Positions 10,012 to 19,754 of a DNA stretch of 64,000 bases are shown here, piece by piece. The stretch comes from a virus (taxonomy: Duplodnaviria; Caudoviricetes). The first letter of the stretch is position 1. The number at the start of each line of letters is the position of its first letter. The notes beneath the pieces were generated by a model that saw nothing but the letters and a program-made list of their open reading frames with translations, had not been told where the DNA came from and did no database searches. The DNA lies in the IMG/VR virus record IMGVR_UViG_3300037067_006949, positions 32,001 to 96,000 of that record; one strand, 5' to 3'. Both the position numbers and the translations under genes were made by a program.

Positions 10012-11043
10012 ATGAATTATAACGAAATTATAAATACACATTATACAATTTTGGAATCTTTACCTGAAGAAGAAATTTATAATGTTGTTACAACTTTGAT
10101 TGAACATTATCGTGAATACGGATTTCCTTATTTTGAAATAGATAAAAATAAAATTAAAAAAGAATACAAATCGTTATCGAAATCTGATTCTTCAAAAATA
10201 GAATTGCCAAACAATGAATTGCAACAAGGAATGTTGGGATTGGCTACTTGTAACATGTTTCATCCAGAAATGTACTCTACGCATTGTAAAAGCGCCAAAT
10301 CTCCTATGGACGTATTTTTAGATGATAAGTTGTTTAGGGTTGCACTTATAAAAAGAATAAAATATAATGATCGTAATATCAATCCTTCATGTGTACGCAG
10401 AACCCTAACAGCTTTTGGTGCTCAAGCGGTTTCCAATTTCCGCCCATCTATTGCGAAATGGGTATATCAAAAATATTGTCTTTCAGGCGGTAAAGTTTTA
10501 GACCCATGCATGGGTTATGGAGGAAGATTGATGGGCGCATTTTGTTCTCATGTAAGCTCTTACACGGGGGTTGATCCTAACCAAGATGCGTTCAATGGTA
10601 ACAAAAATCTTTATCAAAGTTTGGTTGACTCTGCTGAAAATAACGTTTATCCAAAAATGAATTTTTATAATTTGCCATTTGAAGATTTTGAAGAAGTTGA
10701 AAAATATAATTTAGTTTTTACTTCGCCTCCATATTTTAATATTGAAAAATATTCTAATGAAGAAACTCAATCTTATTTACGTTACCCGTTATATTCAGAA
10801 TGGCGAGATAAATTTTTAAAGATTTTAATCAGTAAATCTTTTGAATACTTAGAGAATGGTGGCTATCTAGTTTTGAATGTTGGAAAGCCCGTTGATGAAG
10901 ACACAAAAGAAATCGGATCGAGCATTTTTGGAAGGCATCCAGAAGTTTATCACATGAGATTGAGTAAGCTTCTTGGTCAAGGAAATAAATCGGATGTAAG
11001 TCATAAAACGGAGCCAATATTTGTGTGGCAAAAACTTACATAA
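10012..11043 (+). CDS. DNA amino-methyltransferase (SAM motif before TSPPY)
   Basis: LDPCMGYGGR then FTSPPYF; bounded by sites 9977 and 11039. Confidence 0.85.
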   Translation: MNYNEIINTHYTILESLPEEEIYNVVTTLIEHYREYGFPYFEIDKNKIKKEYKSLSKSDSSKIELPNNELQQGMLGLATCNMFHPEMYSTHCKSAKSPMDVFLDDKLFRVALIKRIKYNDRNINPSCVRRTLTAFGAQAVSNFRPSIAKWVYQKYCLSGGKVLDPCMGYGGRLMGAFCSHVSSYTGVDPNQDAFNGNKNLYQSLVDSAENNVYPKMNFYNLPFEDFEEVEKYNLVFTSPPYFNIEKYSNEETQSYLRYPLYSEWRDKFLKILISKSFEYLENGGYLVLNVGKPVDEDTKEIGSSIFGRHPEVYHMRLSKLLGQGNKSDVSHKTEPIFVWQKLT

Positions 11044-11077
11044 AAATTACATTTTAAGTAAAAAATAAGGAGAAAAA

Positions 11078-11284
11078 ATGTTAAATATTACTTATGATTC
11101 AAATAGACCCATTGAAGAAGGGCAATATTATGTTGAACTTGCTTATTTTGTTGATGGCGGATATGGGGCGTCACATTTAAACAATTTGGGATATTGGTGC
11201 GATAAAGAACATTTAAAAGAGGCAATTGTAAAACCAGCACTAAAAGCTGTCAGCAATGACATTTTGGATAAAATTTTAGATTAA
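11078..11284 (+). CDS. hypothetical protein
   Basis: AAGGAG RBS; between sites 11039 and 11291. Confidence 0.65.
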   Translation: MLNITYDSNRPIEEGQYYVELAYFVDGGYGASHLNNLGYWCDKEHLKEAIVKPALKAVSNDILDKILD

Positions 11285-11333
11285 AAATCTAATAAAAGAA
11301 CGCTTTTATGTAAATTTTGAAGAGGAGGAATTA

Positions 11334-11966
11334 TTGAAGGGTGAAATTGTATTTTTGGAATATCAACAAGCAGTTGATTTTTTGTTACCCAGACATTATT
11401 CTGGTCGAACACCTTCAATTAGCCATGCGTTTGGTTGGCGCGTAAATAATGAATTAGTGGCAGTGTGTACTTTTGGGAAGCCCGCAAGCCCCCAATTGTG
11501 TTACGGTATTTGTGGTAAAGAATATCAGGATAAGGTATATGAATTAAATAGATTATGTAGGGTTGATGAATTAGAATTGCCATTGAGCAGTTTTGTGGCG
11601 GGGTGTTTGCGAAGATTGAGTGTTTATAATTACATTATTGTAAGTTATTCTGATACAGAAATGAATCACCATGGATATATTTATCAAGCATGTAATTTTT
11701 TATACACAGGAGCAACCAAAGAAAGAACAGATAAATATACCGAAGGCAACAAACATAGTAGACATTACAACAACGATGATCAAAATGGATTAAGAAAAAT
11801 TAGAAGTTCAAAACATAGATATGTATTTTTTGCCACAAGAAATAAAAAAATTAAGAAAGAATATATGGAACATTTAAATTATCCTATATTGCCATATCCT
11901 AAAGGTGATAATGATAATTATATTCTTGGAGAATATTTGGAGCCAAGGATCATAAAATCAACATGA
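11334..11966 (+). CDS. Mom-family (GNAT-fold) DNA adenine modification protein
   Basis: HYS, FGKPAS, ELNRL and VSYSD...HHGYIYQACNFLYTG, characteristic of phage Mu Mom homologs. Confidence 0.8.
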   Translation: MKGEIVFLEYQQAVDFLLPRHYSGRTPSISHAFGWRVNNELVAVCTFGKPASPQLCYGICGKEYQDKVYELNRLCRVDELELPLSSFVAGCLRRLSVYNYIIVSYSDTEMNHHGYIYQACNFLYTGATKERTDKYTEGNKHSRHYNNDDQNGLRKIRSSKHRYVFFATRNKKIKKEYMEHLNYPILPYPKGDNDNYILGEYLEPRIIKST

Positions 11967-11993
11967 AATATCAATTTTAAGTGAGGAAATGCT

Positions 11994-12191
11994 ATGGAAA
12001 AACCAGATTTTTATCTAGAAATACTAGAATTAACAAATGAATATGCTTATGCGATTATGGGCGGATTATCGTTTGGTTGGCATTGTGTCGCCAAAATGAA
12101 AGAAAATAAGGTTGAAGATGCGGAATGGGTTCAGGCACAACTATTGGGACTAATTAAAGATTGTGAAGGATTAAAAGTAAATTTTAAGTAA
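11994..12191 (+). CDS. hypothetical protein
   Basis: ORF after site 11962. Confidence 0.6.
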   Translation: MEKPDFYLEILELTNEYAYAIMGGLSFGWHCVAKMKENKVEDAEWVQAQLLGLIKDCEGLKVNFK

Positions 12192-12200
12192 GGAGATAAA

Positions 12201-12422
12201 ATGGGAATGTTTGATACGGTATGGATTAATTGCCCTAGATGTGGCGAACAATATGAAGCTCAATCTAAGGGTGGGGGATGCACGTTAAAGGATTATAACA
12301 TTTGGGATGCCCCACAAGATGTTTTATCTGGAGTAAATGATACGTATCCGTTTGTTTGTTCTAAGTGTCATTCATCTTTTAGGGTTATATTGCATCCCAC
12401 CATTGAATTGGTAAACGAATAA
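12201..12422 (+). CDS. zinc-ribbon protein
   Basis: MGMFD..CPRCG...CSKC. Confidence 0.65.
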   Translation: MGMFDTVWINCPRCGEQYEAQSKGGGCTLKDYNIWDAPQDVLSGVNDTYPFVCSKCHSSFRVILHPTIELVNE

Positions 12423-12434
12423 GAGGATATTATT

Positions 12435-12617
12435 ATGACAGACAGAGAGAAAATAAAAAAGGCTTTATCAAAAGCAGTTAAGGCTCTTTATTTTGATGAT
12501 AATAGTGATTATGGGGCTTTTCTTTGGGATATTGTTGGAATATTGGGTGGTGATGAAGCCTCTGATTTGTTAGGAGAAGATGATGAAAAGGCTTTTGAGA
12601 AATATTGTAAAGAATAA
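12435..12617 (+). CDS. hypothetical protein
   Basis: GAGG RBS. Confidence 0.6.
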   Translation: MTDREKIKKALSKAVKALYFDDNSDYGAFLWDIVGILGGDEASDLLGEDDEKAFEKYCKE

Positions 12618-12820
12618 ATCTGCTTAAAAGGTAAATTTTATTGATAAAAGGAGATATATCATGGGGATTATTTTTGATGATGATTCTGATGAAATTATGA
12701 GCTTTGAAGAATATTGTATGGAAGTATTGGATATCCCATACTATAACTTTCTCAACAAAGAAGAATGGGAAAGTTGCTATGAAAAGTACGAAAAATATTT
12801 AGAAAGAAATGTGGGAAAAG

Positions 12821-13786
12821 ATGCAGATTGAACGTGCGTATGATTTTGACGACATCCTAATTGTTCCAAGACACTCGAACGTAAACTCCAGAAGTGAAGT
12901 TGATATTTCTGTTGATGTATTAGGAAAATTCAAGCTGGAGTTTCCCGTTATTGCTAGTCCTATGCGCGGTATTGTAAACGCTGATTTTTGTATAAAATTA
13001 GCAGAACTTGGATCAATTGGAATATTGCACAGGTTTTATGATTCACAGTTTGAATGGCAAACTGAAGCTGAAAAGATATCTGAAGCAAAACTATTTGGTT
13101 TGTCTGTTGGATTGCATGATATTAATTATTTAGATTTTTTGAAATATAAACCAAACATACTTTTGATAGATGTTGCGAACGGATATACGCAATCTTTATT
13201 AGATTTCTGCAAACAGGTAAAAAGAAACATAGATAAAATAAGTCCAGATACTTTATTAATGTCTGGAAATATTGCTACAAAAATCGGAGCAGATAATCTT
13301 TATGATGCCGGAGTTGATTTAGTTCGTTGTGGTATAGGTGGAGGCGGATTATGTTCTACCAGGAACGTCACTGGCATAGGGATTCCTCAATTGACGGCAA
13401 TTGGTGATTGTTCGGAATCTAAGGCTTTTATAGTCGCTGATGGGGGCATTAGAAACAGTGGGGATGCGATAAAAGCTTTTGCTTTTGGTGGAGATGTTAT
13501 TATGATAGGTAGCTTATTTGGTCAGATATATGAAAGTCCTTCGCAAGATACCATATTTGGTATGTCTTCAAAAAAGCTCCAAGATATGCGATATACTCAA
13601 ACTAAATCTGTCGAGGGCATTGAAAGGGCGGTTGCAAAAACAATGTCGTTGCAACAATTCGTAGATGAATTTTCTTGGGGATTGAAATCTGCGTGTACAT
13701 ATCTTGATGCTAAAAATTTGAAAGAAGTAAAAACCAACGCAAATTTTGTTTTGGCCGGAAGTGGATCAATCAAAAAGTTAGATTGA
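12821..13786 (+). CDS. GMP reductase / IMP dehydrogenase family (no CBS domain)
   Basis: FDDILIVP, DVANG, GNIAT, GIGGGGLCSTR (catalytic Cys), ADGGIRNSGD. Confidence 0.85.
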   Translation: MQIERAYDFDDILIVPRHSNVNSRSEVDISVDVLGKFKLEFPVIASPMRGIVNADFCIKLAELGSIGILHRFYDSQFEWQTEAEKISEAKLFGLSVGLHDINYLDFLKYKPNILLIDVANGYTQSLLDFCKQVKRNIDKISPDTLLMSGNIATKIGADNLYDAGVDLVRCGIGGGGLCSTRNVTGIGIPQLTAIGDCSESKAFIVADGGIRNSGDAIKAFAFGGDVIMIGSLFGQIYESPSQDTIFGMSSKKLQDMRYTQTKSVEGIERAVAKTMSLQQFVDEFSWGLKSACTYLDAKNLKEVKTNANFVLAGSGSIKKLD

Positions 13787-13788
13787 TG

Positions 13789-13817
13789 TTGACAAAATTA
13801 GACTTATGTGGTAATAT
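13789..13817 (+). promoter_or_regulatory. sigma70-type promoter with extended -10
   Basis: TTGACA-17-TAATAT with TG upstream. Confidence 0.75.
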
Positions 13818-13832
13818 TAAAAAAGGGAAAAT

Positions 13833-14027
13833 ATGGAACATTTTCAATGTGAATGTGGTAACGATGATTGCGATTTAGAAATCTCTGATCAAGATTACGC
13901 TAGTGCATTTAAGTTTTATTTAAATGAGGATGAAAAACTAATTATATTGAATTCCAAATGCAAACATTGGAAAGAATATAAATTTATCTTGGGCGGAAGA
14001 AATTTCATTTTGGTTAAGAAAAATTAG
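13833..14027 (+). CDS. hypothetical protein
   Basis: First ORF after promoter. Confidence 0.55.
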   Translation: MEHFQCECGNDDCDLEISDQDYASAFKFYLNEDEKLIILNSKCKHWKEYKFILGGRNFILVKKN

Positions 14028-14187
14028 GAGGCAAAGGTGGATAATAACCCCATAGATCAACAGCGATATGCTACATATTATTGTAGGGATTGCCCATTCC
14101 TAAAGGTTCTTTACCAATTGGAAGAAGAACAATATCAATTTGGTTGTGATAATCAAGAAACTTGTAAATATATAGAAAAGGAATAGA

Positions 14188-14694
14188 ATGAGAAGCTATA
14201 TTGCCCCAATGGTATTTAGCCAGTCGGACTTTGTTGAACTGCTCAAGAGTGATCTTGGCGAGTTCATGAAAAACTTAGAATCTAACCGCATAGCCTTGAA
14301 AGAAATTTCAGGTTATTATTATGACAATTCTAAGTACAGATTTGCCAATATTTATGGTGAAGAATTTGAATTTCATATTAGTGAAGCAAGCACATGGAAC
14401 AATAAAACCAGAGGTTATGACAAATTAGGAATATTCTCAATAGTAATTTGGGACTATATCGGATTGAATGAAATATTTAAAGGCACAATTCCACAAGATG
14501 ATCGACAAGAGTTCATAAACGAAATGATGGAAGCTTCTACAAAATGGTCTCATGGCGAAAAAAGATGTAATGGTTGTGGGAAATGGATAAATTACAAAGA
14601 AAATATTTCGCATAGATATTTTGCAGGAGTTTATTGCCTAGATTGTTGGAATAGCAAATGGAAGGCAATTGAGGCAAAGGAAAACTATGACTAA
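14188..14694 (+). CDS. hypothetical protein with C-terminal zinc finger
   Basis: CNGC...CLDC. Confidence 0.65.
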   Translation: MRSYIAPMVFSQSDFVELLKSDLGEFMKNLESNRIALKEISGYYYDNSKYRFANIYGEEFEFHISEASTWNNKTRGYDKLGIFSIVIWDYIGLNEIFKGTIPQDDRQEFINEMMEASTKWSHGEKRCNGCGKWINYKENISHRYFAGVYCLDCWNSKWKAIEAKENYD

Positions 14695-14914
14695 CTGGAC
14701 AGAAAGATTATCAGTTTTAGATGAAATCAATTATTGCCCTGTGTGTGGAAAAAAGCTTATAAAAGAAAGATATCGCCATAGTTATTCTGTCAAGGATGGA
14801 TCGGAAGTTTATCGCACAGATGTAACATGTCCAAACAATAATTGGTTGCGCACACATTATCATGACATTTATGATGATGATGGCAATTCCTGCATATATT
14901 GGTCGATTGATTGA
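14687..14914 (+). CDS. zinc-ribbon protein
   Basis: YCPVCG; stop abuts site 14915. Confidence 0.6.
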   Translation: MTNWTERLSVLDEINYCPVCGKKLIKERYRHSYSVKDGSEVYRTDVTCPNNNWLRTHYHDIYDDDGNSCIYWSID

Positions 14915-14938
14915 CATAAAAGTAAAATTTTAAGCAAA

Positions 14939-16156
14939 ATGGAGAAAACATTGAAGGTAAATGAAATTTATTTGGGAGACAATTTAGAATTACTTAAGCA
15001 ATTGGAAGATAATAGCATTGATAGTTGCGTTTCTGATTTTCCTTATAATCTTGGTTTTATGGGTAAAAAGTGGGATACGATTGGGAATTATTACCAGTGG
15101 TGCAATGATAGGGCGATTGAACTATTTCGTGTATTGAAGCCTGGTGCATTTTGCCTTATTTTTTCTGGAACTCGTACTCAGCATAGAATGGTATGTGGTT
15201 TTGAAGATGCCGGATTTGAAATAAAAGATCAGATTGATTGGATTTATTCACAGGGGTTTCCAAAGAATTATAATATCAGTAAGGGTTTCGATAAGAAGGC
15301 TGGAGCTAAAAGAGAAATCATTGGAAGAAGCAATAGGGCTATTGGTAAAAATCCAGTTGCAACAAGTTTTGCGGGAACGTCTACCTTTTCAGAAACGGCA
15401 GATGGCAGAGAAAATAGTAAATGGATTACTGCTCCAGCAACAGACCTAGCTAAACAATGGGATGGTTGGGGAACAGCGCTCAAACCTACACATGAGCCAA
15501 TCATGATGGCGCAGAAACCCATAGAAAAGAATTATTGCTATAATGTACAAAAATGGGGTGTAGGTGGCTTGTACATTGATGGTAGCAGAATTGAACTGAA
15601 TGGTGAGGTTGTTCCCATCAATAAGTTGGAAAAGTGGTCTGGTTTTGGAGAAGAGAATAGACCAGATTATGAAGCAACAGTCAATACAAAGGGAAGATAC
15701 CCTGCCAATACTATATTCGATGAAGATGCGGGAGAAATGTTAAATGAACAAAGTGGGAAAAGGCATAGCAGTGGAATATATAATAATCAAAGCGATTCTC
15801 ACGCAAACATGTATGGAATGAATGCCAATCGTGCTAATATTCAATATTCTGATTCTGGTGGCGCATCTAGGTTTTTCTATTGTGCAAAAGCTTCGCAGAA
15901 GGATCGTACAGAAAATGGTCAAATTGAAAATAGTCATCCTACGGTGAAACCAACGTTGCTTATGACGCACCTAATTAAACTTGTAACACCTCCAAATGGT
16001 ATTAACATTGACATTTGTGAGGGAACTGGAACTTCAATGAAAGCTTGTTTATGGCTAAAAAAGGATGGTTACGAAGTCAATCATATTGGTTTTGAAAGCG
16101 ATCCAGATAGTTATGAAACGGCTTTGAAAAGAAAAGAATTAAATACCATAAAATAA
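14939..16156 (+). CDS. DNA amino-methyltransferase (beta class, variant motifs)
   Basis: SDFPY (DPPY variant), HPTVKP, DICEGTGT; bounded by sites 14915 and 16147. Confidence 0.85.
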   Translation: MEKTLKVNEIYLGDNLELLKQLEDNSIDSCVSDFPYNLGFMGKKWDTIGNYYQWCNDRAIELFRVLKPGAFCLIFSGTRTQHRMVCGFEDAGFEIKDQIDWIYSQGFPKNYNISKGFDKKAGAKREIIGRSNRAIGKNPVATSFAGTSTFSETADGRENSKWITAPATDLAKQWDGWGTALKPTHEPIMMAQKPIEKNYCYNVQKWGVGGLYIDGSRIELNGEVVPINKLEKWSGFGEENRPDYEATVNTKGRYPANTIFDEDAGEMLNEQSGKRHSSGIYNNQSDSHANMYGMNANRANIQYSDSGGASRFFYCAKASQKDRTENGQIENSHPTVKPTLLMTHLIKLVTPPNGINIDICEGTGTSMKACLWLKKDGYEVNHIGFESDPDSYETALKRKELNTIK

Positions 16157-16180
16157 CAGTTTTAAGTAGGTTTATAATAG

Positions 16181-16531
16181 GTGGCAACAGAAAAGGTAAA
16201 GGTTATGGTGATGGAAATCAATTATAAAATAGATTATGAAAAATGCCTAAAGAATAATTTTAGGAATGACGTAGCAAAGGCGGTAAGATTTTGTCTAAAT
16301 CAAGGAGAAGAGTTTAAATATTCTGTTGACGATTTTGGCGGTTTTATCTTATATCCCCATGCTTTGAATCCGTTCTTGAAAGTCATGGAAACTCTAAAAG
16401 AATCAAAGAACATTGTAATTTTACCAAGCTTTAACAATGATTCTAATGAAGAATTGAATGCTCCGGCGTATTTGATATTGAAGATTGGCGGAGATGGATT
16501 TGTAACAAATATTGTTACAACAAATATGTAA
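16181..16531 (+). CDS. hypothetical protein
   Basis: ORF after site 16147. Confidence 0.55.
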   Translation: MATEKVKVMVMEINYKIDYEKCLKNNFRNDVAKAVRFCLNQGEEFKYSVDDFGGFILYPHALNPFLKVMETLKESKNIVILPSFNNDSNEELNAPAYLILKIGGDGFVTNIVTTNM

Positions 16532-16574
16532 TTAAAAAATAGGTTGCCACCTATTCTAAATTTATAGGAGAATA

Positions 16575-16787
16575 ATGACAAAAACTGAATATTGGAAGGT
16601 TATGGCAAAGAACTCTCTTGATGATCCGTTTTGGGGAACGTCAGACAGAATCCAAAATGAACGACTTGCTTACGACTTGTATTTTGAATTTTTAGATAGA
16701 TTCAAATATTTAAAAATGATTCACTATATATCCGCAGAAGATGTTGTTATAGCAAATTATAATATGGAGGGAAATGAAGCGAATTAA
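16575..16787 (+). CDS. hypothetical protein
   Basis: AGGAG RBS. Confidence 0.6.
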   Translation: MTKTEYWKVMAKNSLDDPFWGTSDRIQNERLAYDLYFEFLDRFKYLKMIHYISAEDVVIANYNMEGNEAN

Positions 16788-16986
16788 ATCAATTTCAAAG
16801 TTTTCAAAAGAACTTACTGAATCTATTAATAAACTTGACGAAAATAAATTAGATGAATTGATCAAAGATAGTGCAGAAACCGCAAACTCAGATGATTGGT
16901 GGGTGGAAAAGCGGATTGCGGAGATAGTTTGGGAAATCGCCATGAATGAGAAGAACATTAGAGAGGATGCAATTGCGTATTCATGA
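16774..16986 (+). CDS. hypothetical protein
   Basis: GGAGG RBS. Confidence 0.6.
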   Translation: MKRIKSISKFSKELTESINKLDENKLDELIKDSAETANSDDWWVEKRIAEIVWEIAMNEKNIREDAIAYS

Positions 16987-17037
16987 ACGGTTTGATTACA
17001 TAAAAGAGAGATTCTATTAGGTTTTTAAGGAGAAACA

Positions 17038-17352
17038 ATGAAACATTTTGAAGAAGAAGGGCTGTATGCTGAAGTTAAGGATGACAAATTAATTATTTCA
17101 ATTCCATTAGATGTTCTTGAAGCATCTCAAAAATTTAGAGATAATGTAACTTATAATATTATTGATAAAGACGCTATGGGTGCTTATTTTGCAGATGAAA
17201 TTTGTTGGCATGCAGATAGTGTTGGCGATGAAGAAGTTGGAGCTAGTGTTCTTACAAACCTGATTGATGAAATATTTGATTATGCTTATGAATATGGTGA
17301 GACCTGGTTGGAGAATCCAGATTATGATGAGAATGGCGAAAGTTATGAGTGA
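17038..17352 (+). CDS. acidic hypothetical protein
   Basis: AAGGAG RBS after site 16999. Confidence 0.7.
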   Translation: MKHFEEEGLYAEVKDDKLIISIPLDVLEASQKFRDNVTYNIIDKDAMGAYFADEICWHADSVGDEEVGASVLTNLIDEIFDYAYEYGETWLENPDYDENGESYE

Positions 17353-17355
17353 ATA

Positions 17356-17631
17356 ATGAAAAATATTAATGAAGAATTTGGAAAAGAATTTTCAAAATTA
17401 ATGAAAGATGGTAATGATTCTTGGCACGACTTATGTAAACAGGTTAAATTTTTGAATGACCTTCCAGAATTGCTTGATCTAGAAGTCTGCAAACAATTAG
17501 AAAACGCACACTTAGATATATATAAATCCGCTATTGAAGTAGCGGAGGTTGCATTGCAATCTAGTCGTTTATATCGAGATTTATGTATTATAAACGAATC
17601 TTTTACCGAAGACTCTGAAGATTCTAAATGA
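17356..17631 (+). CDS. hypothetical protein
   Basis: ORF in operon. Confidence 0.6.
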   Translation: MKNINEEFGKEFSKLMKDGNDSWHDLCKQVKFLNDLPELLDLEVCKQLENAHLDIYKSAIEVAEVALQSSRLYRDLCIINESFTEDSEDSK

Positions 17632-17691
17632 CAACAGCATTTCCAACAGAGTCAAAATGTCCAGATTGTGGGCATTAGAAATTGAGGAAAA

Positions 17692-17946
17692 ATGAAAAAA
17701 TATGAAATAATAGCCATTGTCAATAGCGAATATAAAATTTGTTTTAATATAGAATGTGATAATATTGAATATTATGAAAATACGCTTATTACTGATGGAG
17801 CGAAAATAATATTTAATAACAAAGAAAAGTTGGATGGTAATGTTGCAGTAGAAATTGAAAAAATTTATGCCACAGGCGAAAAAGAAATTAATTATAATAT
17901 TACGGCAAAAGATTTTTTTGTAGTTTCGAAACATGGGAAGGCCTAA
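17692..17946 (+). CDS. hypothetical protein
   Basis: GAGG RBS; stop overlaps site 17945. Confidence 0.6.
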   Translation: MKKYEIIAIVNSEYKICFNIECDNIEYYENTLITDGAKIIFNNKEKLDGNVAVEIEKIYATGEKEINYNITAKDFFVVSKHGKA

Positions 17947-17983
17947 TAAAATCCGACTTTCATGTAAAAATTAAGGAGATAAA

Positions 17984-18169
17984 ATGGAAAAACCAATTAT
18001 GATAGAATCGCCAGATTTATTATCATTACGAAAAATATGTCAAGAATATATAGATAATATTGCCAACAATGAATATATTGATGATGATTTTGGACACTAT
18101 GTTCTTGAATGCGCCTTAGAAGCATTTTTTGGAAAAGATGTTTGGAAATTCGTAAATCATAAAGAATAA
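17984..18169 (+). CDS. hypothetical protein
   Basis: AAGGAG RBS. Confidence 0.6.
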   Translation: MEKPIMIESPDLLSLRKICQEYIDNIANNEYIDDDFGHYVLECALEAFFGKDVWKFVNHKE

Positions 18170-18200
18170 TAGTTTATTAAATTATAGAAAGCGAGATAAA

Positions 18201-18404
18201 ATGAATGAATCAGAGGCGTTGTTACGAAGCGCTTATCAAATCGCCAGTAGAAATGGTGAAGATACTAATTGGGAGGCGTTCAAGAATAGTCTAGAAAAAG
18301 AATTATTAGAAAGCAAGGGTGTAAAATATCCATGCGAGGACGAACAATTAGTATTAAGGGCAACATGCACCGCTAGGATTTATAAAATTTCTCCTAGTGA
18401 ATAA
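18201..18404 (+). CDS. hypothetical protein
   Basis: Stop abuts site 18405. Confidence 0.6.
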   Translation: MNESEALLRSAYQIASRNGEDTNWEAFKNSLEKELLESKGVKYPCEDEQLVLRATCTARIYKISPSE

Positions 18405-18675
18405 CATAAAATGAAGTTTTTAAGCATAGAATCATTCTTTCAAACAGGATTATACGAGATGTCTATGACAATAAGAGAGAATATTAATATTGGATCAACC
18501 TTTATGAAAAGTGGCAAGAAATACGTTGTCACTGGAATATGGTATGAAATGGGGGGGGATGTTCCATGGCGGTAGAATATGTAAAAGCCAATGATGACTA
18601 CGGATGTGCGTTTCCATTTAAGTTCGCAAGAGTTGTTTATAATGAAGATATTGAAAAATTAGAAATTATAAAATA

Positions 18676-18704
18676 TTGACAAAATATTGATTGTATGGTA
18701 ATAT
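18676..18704 (+). promoter_or_regulatory. sigma70-type promoter for tRNA-His
   Basis: TTGACA-17-TAATAT with TG upstream. Confidence 0.75.
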
Positions 18705-18714
18705 CAATATATAT

Positions 18715-18789
18715 GGTGAATGTGGCGAAATTGGCAAACGCGCCGCTCTGTGGATGCGGATATTGAGAGTTCAAGTCTCTTCATTCACC
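18715..18789 (+). tRNA. tRNA-His (GTG), encoded G-1, no encoded CCA
   Basis: Acceptor GTGAATG/CATTCAC plus G-1:C73; anticodon loop CTGTGGA; T arm GAGAG-TTCAAGT-CTCTT. Confidence 0.88.
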
Positions 18790-18790
18790 C

Positions 18791-18819
18791 TTGACAAAAT
18801 GAATTATGTATGGTATGAT
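18791..18819 (+). promoter_or_regulatory. sigma70-type promoter for the recombinase
   Basis: TTGACA-17-TATGAT with TG upstream. Confidence 0.78.
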
Positions 18820-18856
18820 TATAGTATAAATAAGAAGGTAATCAAAGGAGAATAAT

Positions 18857-19753
18857 ATGTTCAAAGAAATGCAAGAATATTTTGACACATTAGAAATTGA
18901 TAAATCACGCCATACAGTAAGAAGTTATCGTACGTCATTGAATGTTTTTGTTCGTTATTTTGACATTCAATCTGCTAATGATATTAATAAAATTACAGAG
19001 TCAAATATTCAAAGCTATTTGAATATGCTTGCTTCAAAATCAACTGCTAAAAATTCCAATACCGCAAAAGCAAGTGCTAATGCAAACTTTCGTGTAGTTA
19101 AAGCATTTTTGAATTGGATGAAAACCAAGGGCTATATAGAGTCTTCTCCGGTTGGAACGGTTCATAGATATAAAGAAGCCAAGCACATTGGCACGATTTT
19201 CAGCAAAGATGAACGCGATAGAATCATTATGTCAACAAAGAAACGCCCAAGCTTGCAAATGATGATGACACTGATGTTTTATACAGGACTTAGAGCAGAA
19301 GAATCAATAAATGTCAAGGTAAACGACATTCAAAATGGAGTATTGAAAGTTCATGGCAAGGGTAATAAGGAACGCGAATTGGCTCTTACGCCATTTGTTA
19401 TCGGCGTGATCAACAATTATTTGAAGAATAGAATGCGCGATTCAGAATATCTTATCACGTCAATGCGTGGTGGGCACCAAATAACCACTACTTCGGTTTT
19501 GGAAAGAGTCAAAGTGGCTTGTAAAATGGCTGAAATTGACGAAGATAAAATCAACAACATCGGTGCGCATTCAGTTAGACGTAGCTTTGCTTGTTTTCTT
19601 TTGATGGATGGGTGGTCAACATTTGCAATCCAGAAGGCTTTGGGGCACGAATCCCCAATGACTACTGATCGTTATGTAGAACCAGCAAAATCGCTAACCG
19701 CAACTAAAGCGCTTTTAGGTCAATCCGCACCATCATGGTATAAGGAGAATTAA
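18857..19753 (+). CDS. tyrosine recombinase (XerC/D-like, 298 aa)
   Basis: Full catalytic set: GLR(AEE), GKGNK, HSVRR, LGH, TDRY; N-terminal core-binding domain (TVRSY); too short for a lambda-type arm-binding domain. Confidence 0.92.
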   Translation: MFKEMQEYFDTLEIDKSRHTVRSYRTSLNVFVRYFDIQSANDINKITESNIQSYLNMLASKSTAKNSNTAKASANANFRVVKAFLNWMKTKGYIESSPVGTVHRYKEAKHIGTIFSKDERDRIIMSTKKRPSLQMMMTLMFYTGLRAEESINVKVNDIQNGVLKVHGKGNKERELALTPFVIGVINNYLKNRMRDSEYLITSMRGGHQITTTSVLERVKVACKMAEIDEDKINNIGAHSVRRSFACFLLMDGWSTFAIQKALGHESPMTTDRYVEPAKSLTATKALLGQSAPSWYKEN

Positions 19754-19754
19754 T

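Noticed and set aside
7692-12188. Site-like sequences at 7692 and 12170
   Set aside because: Spacing is shorter than 7-6-7; noted as degenerate and left out of the count of 31.
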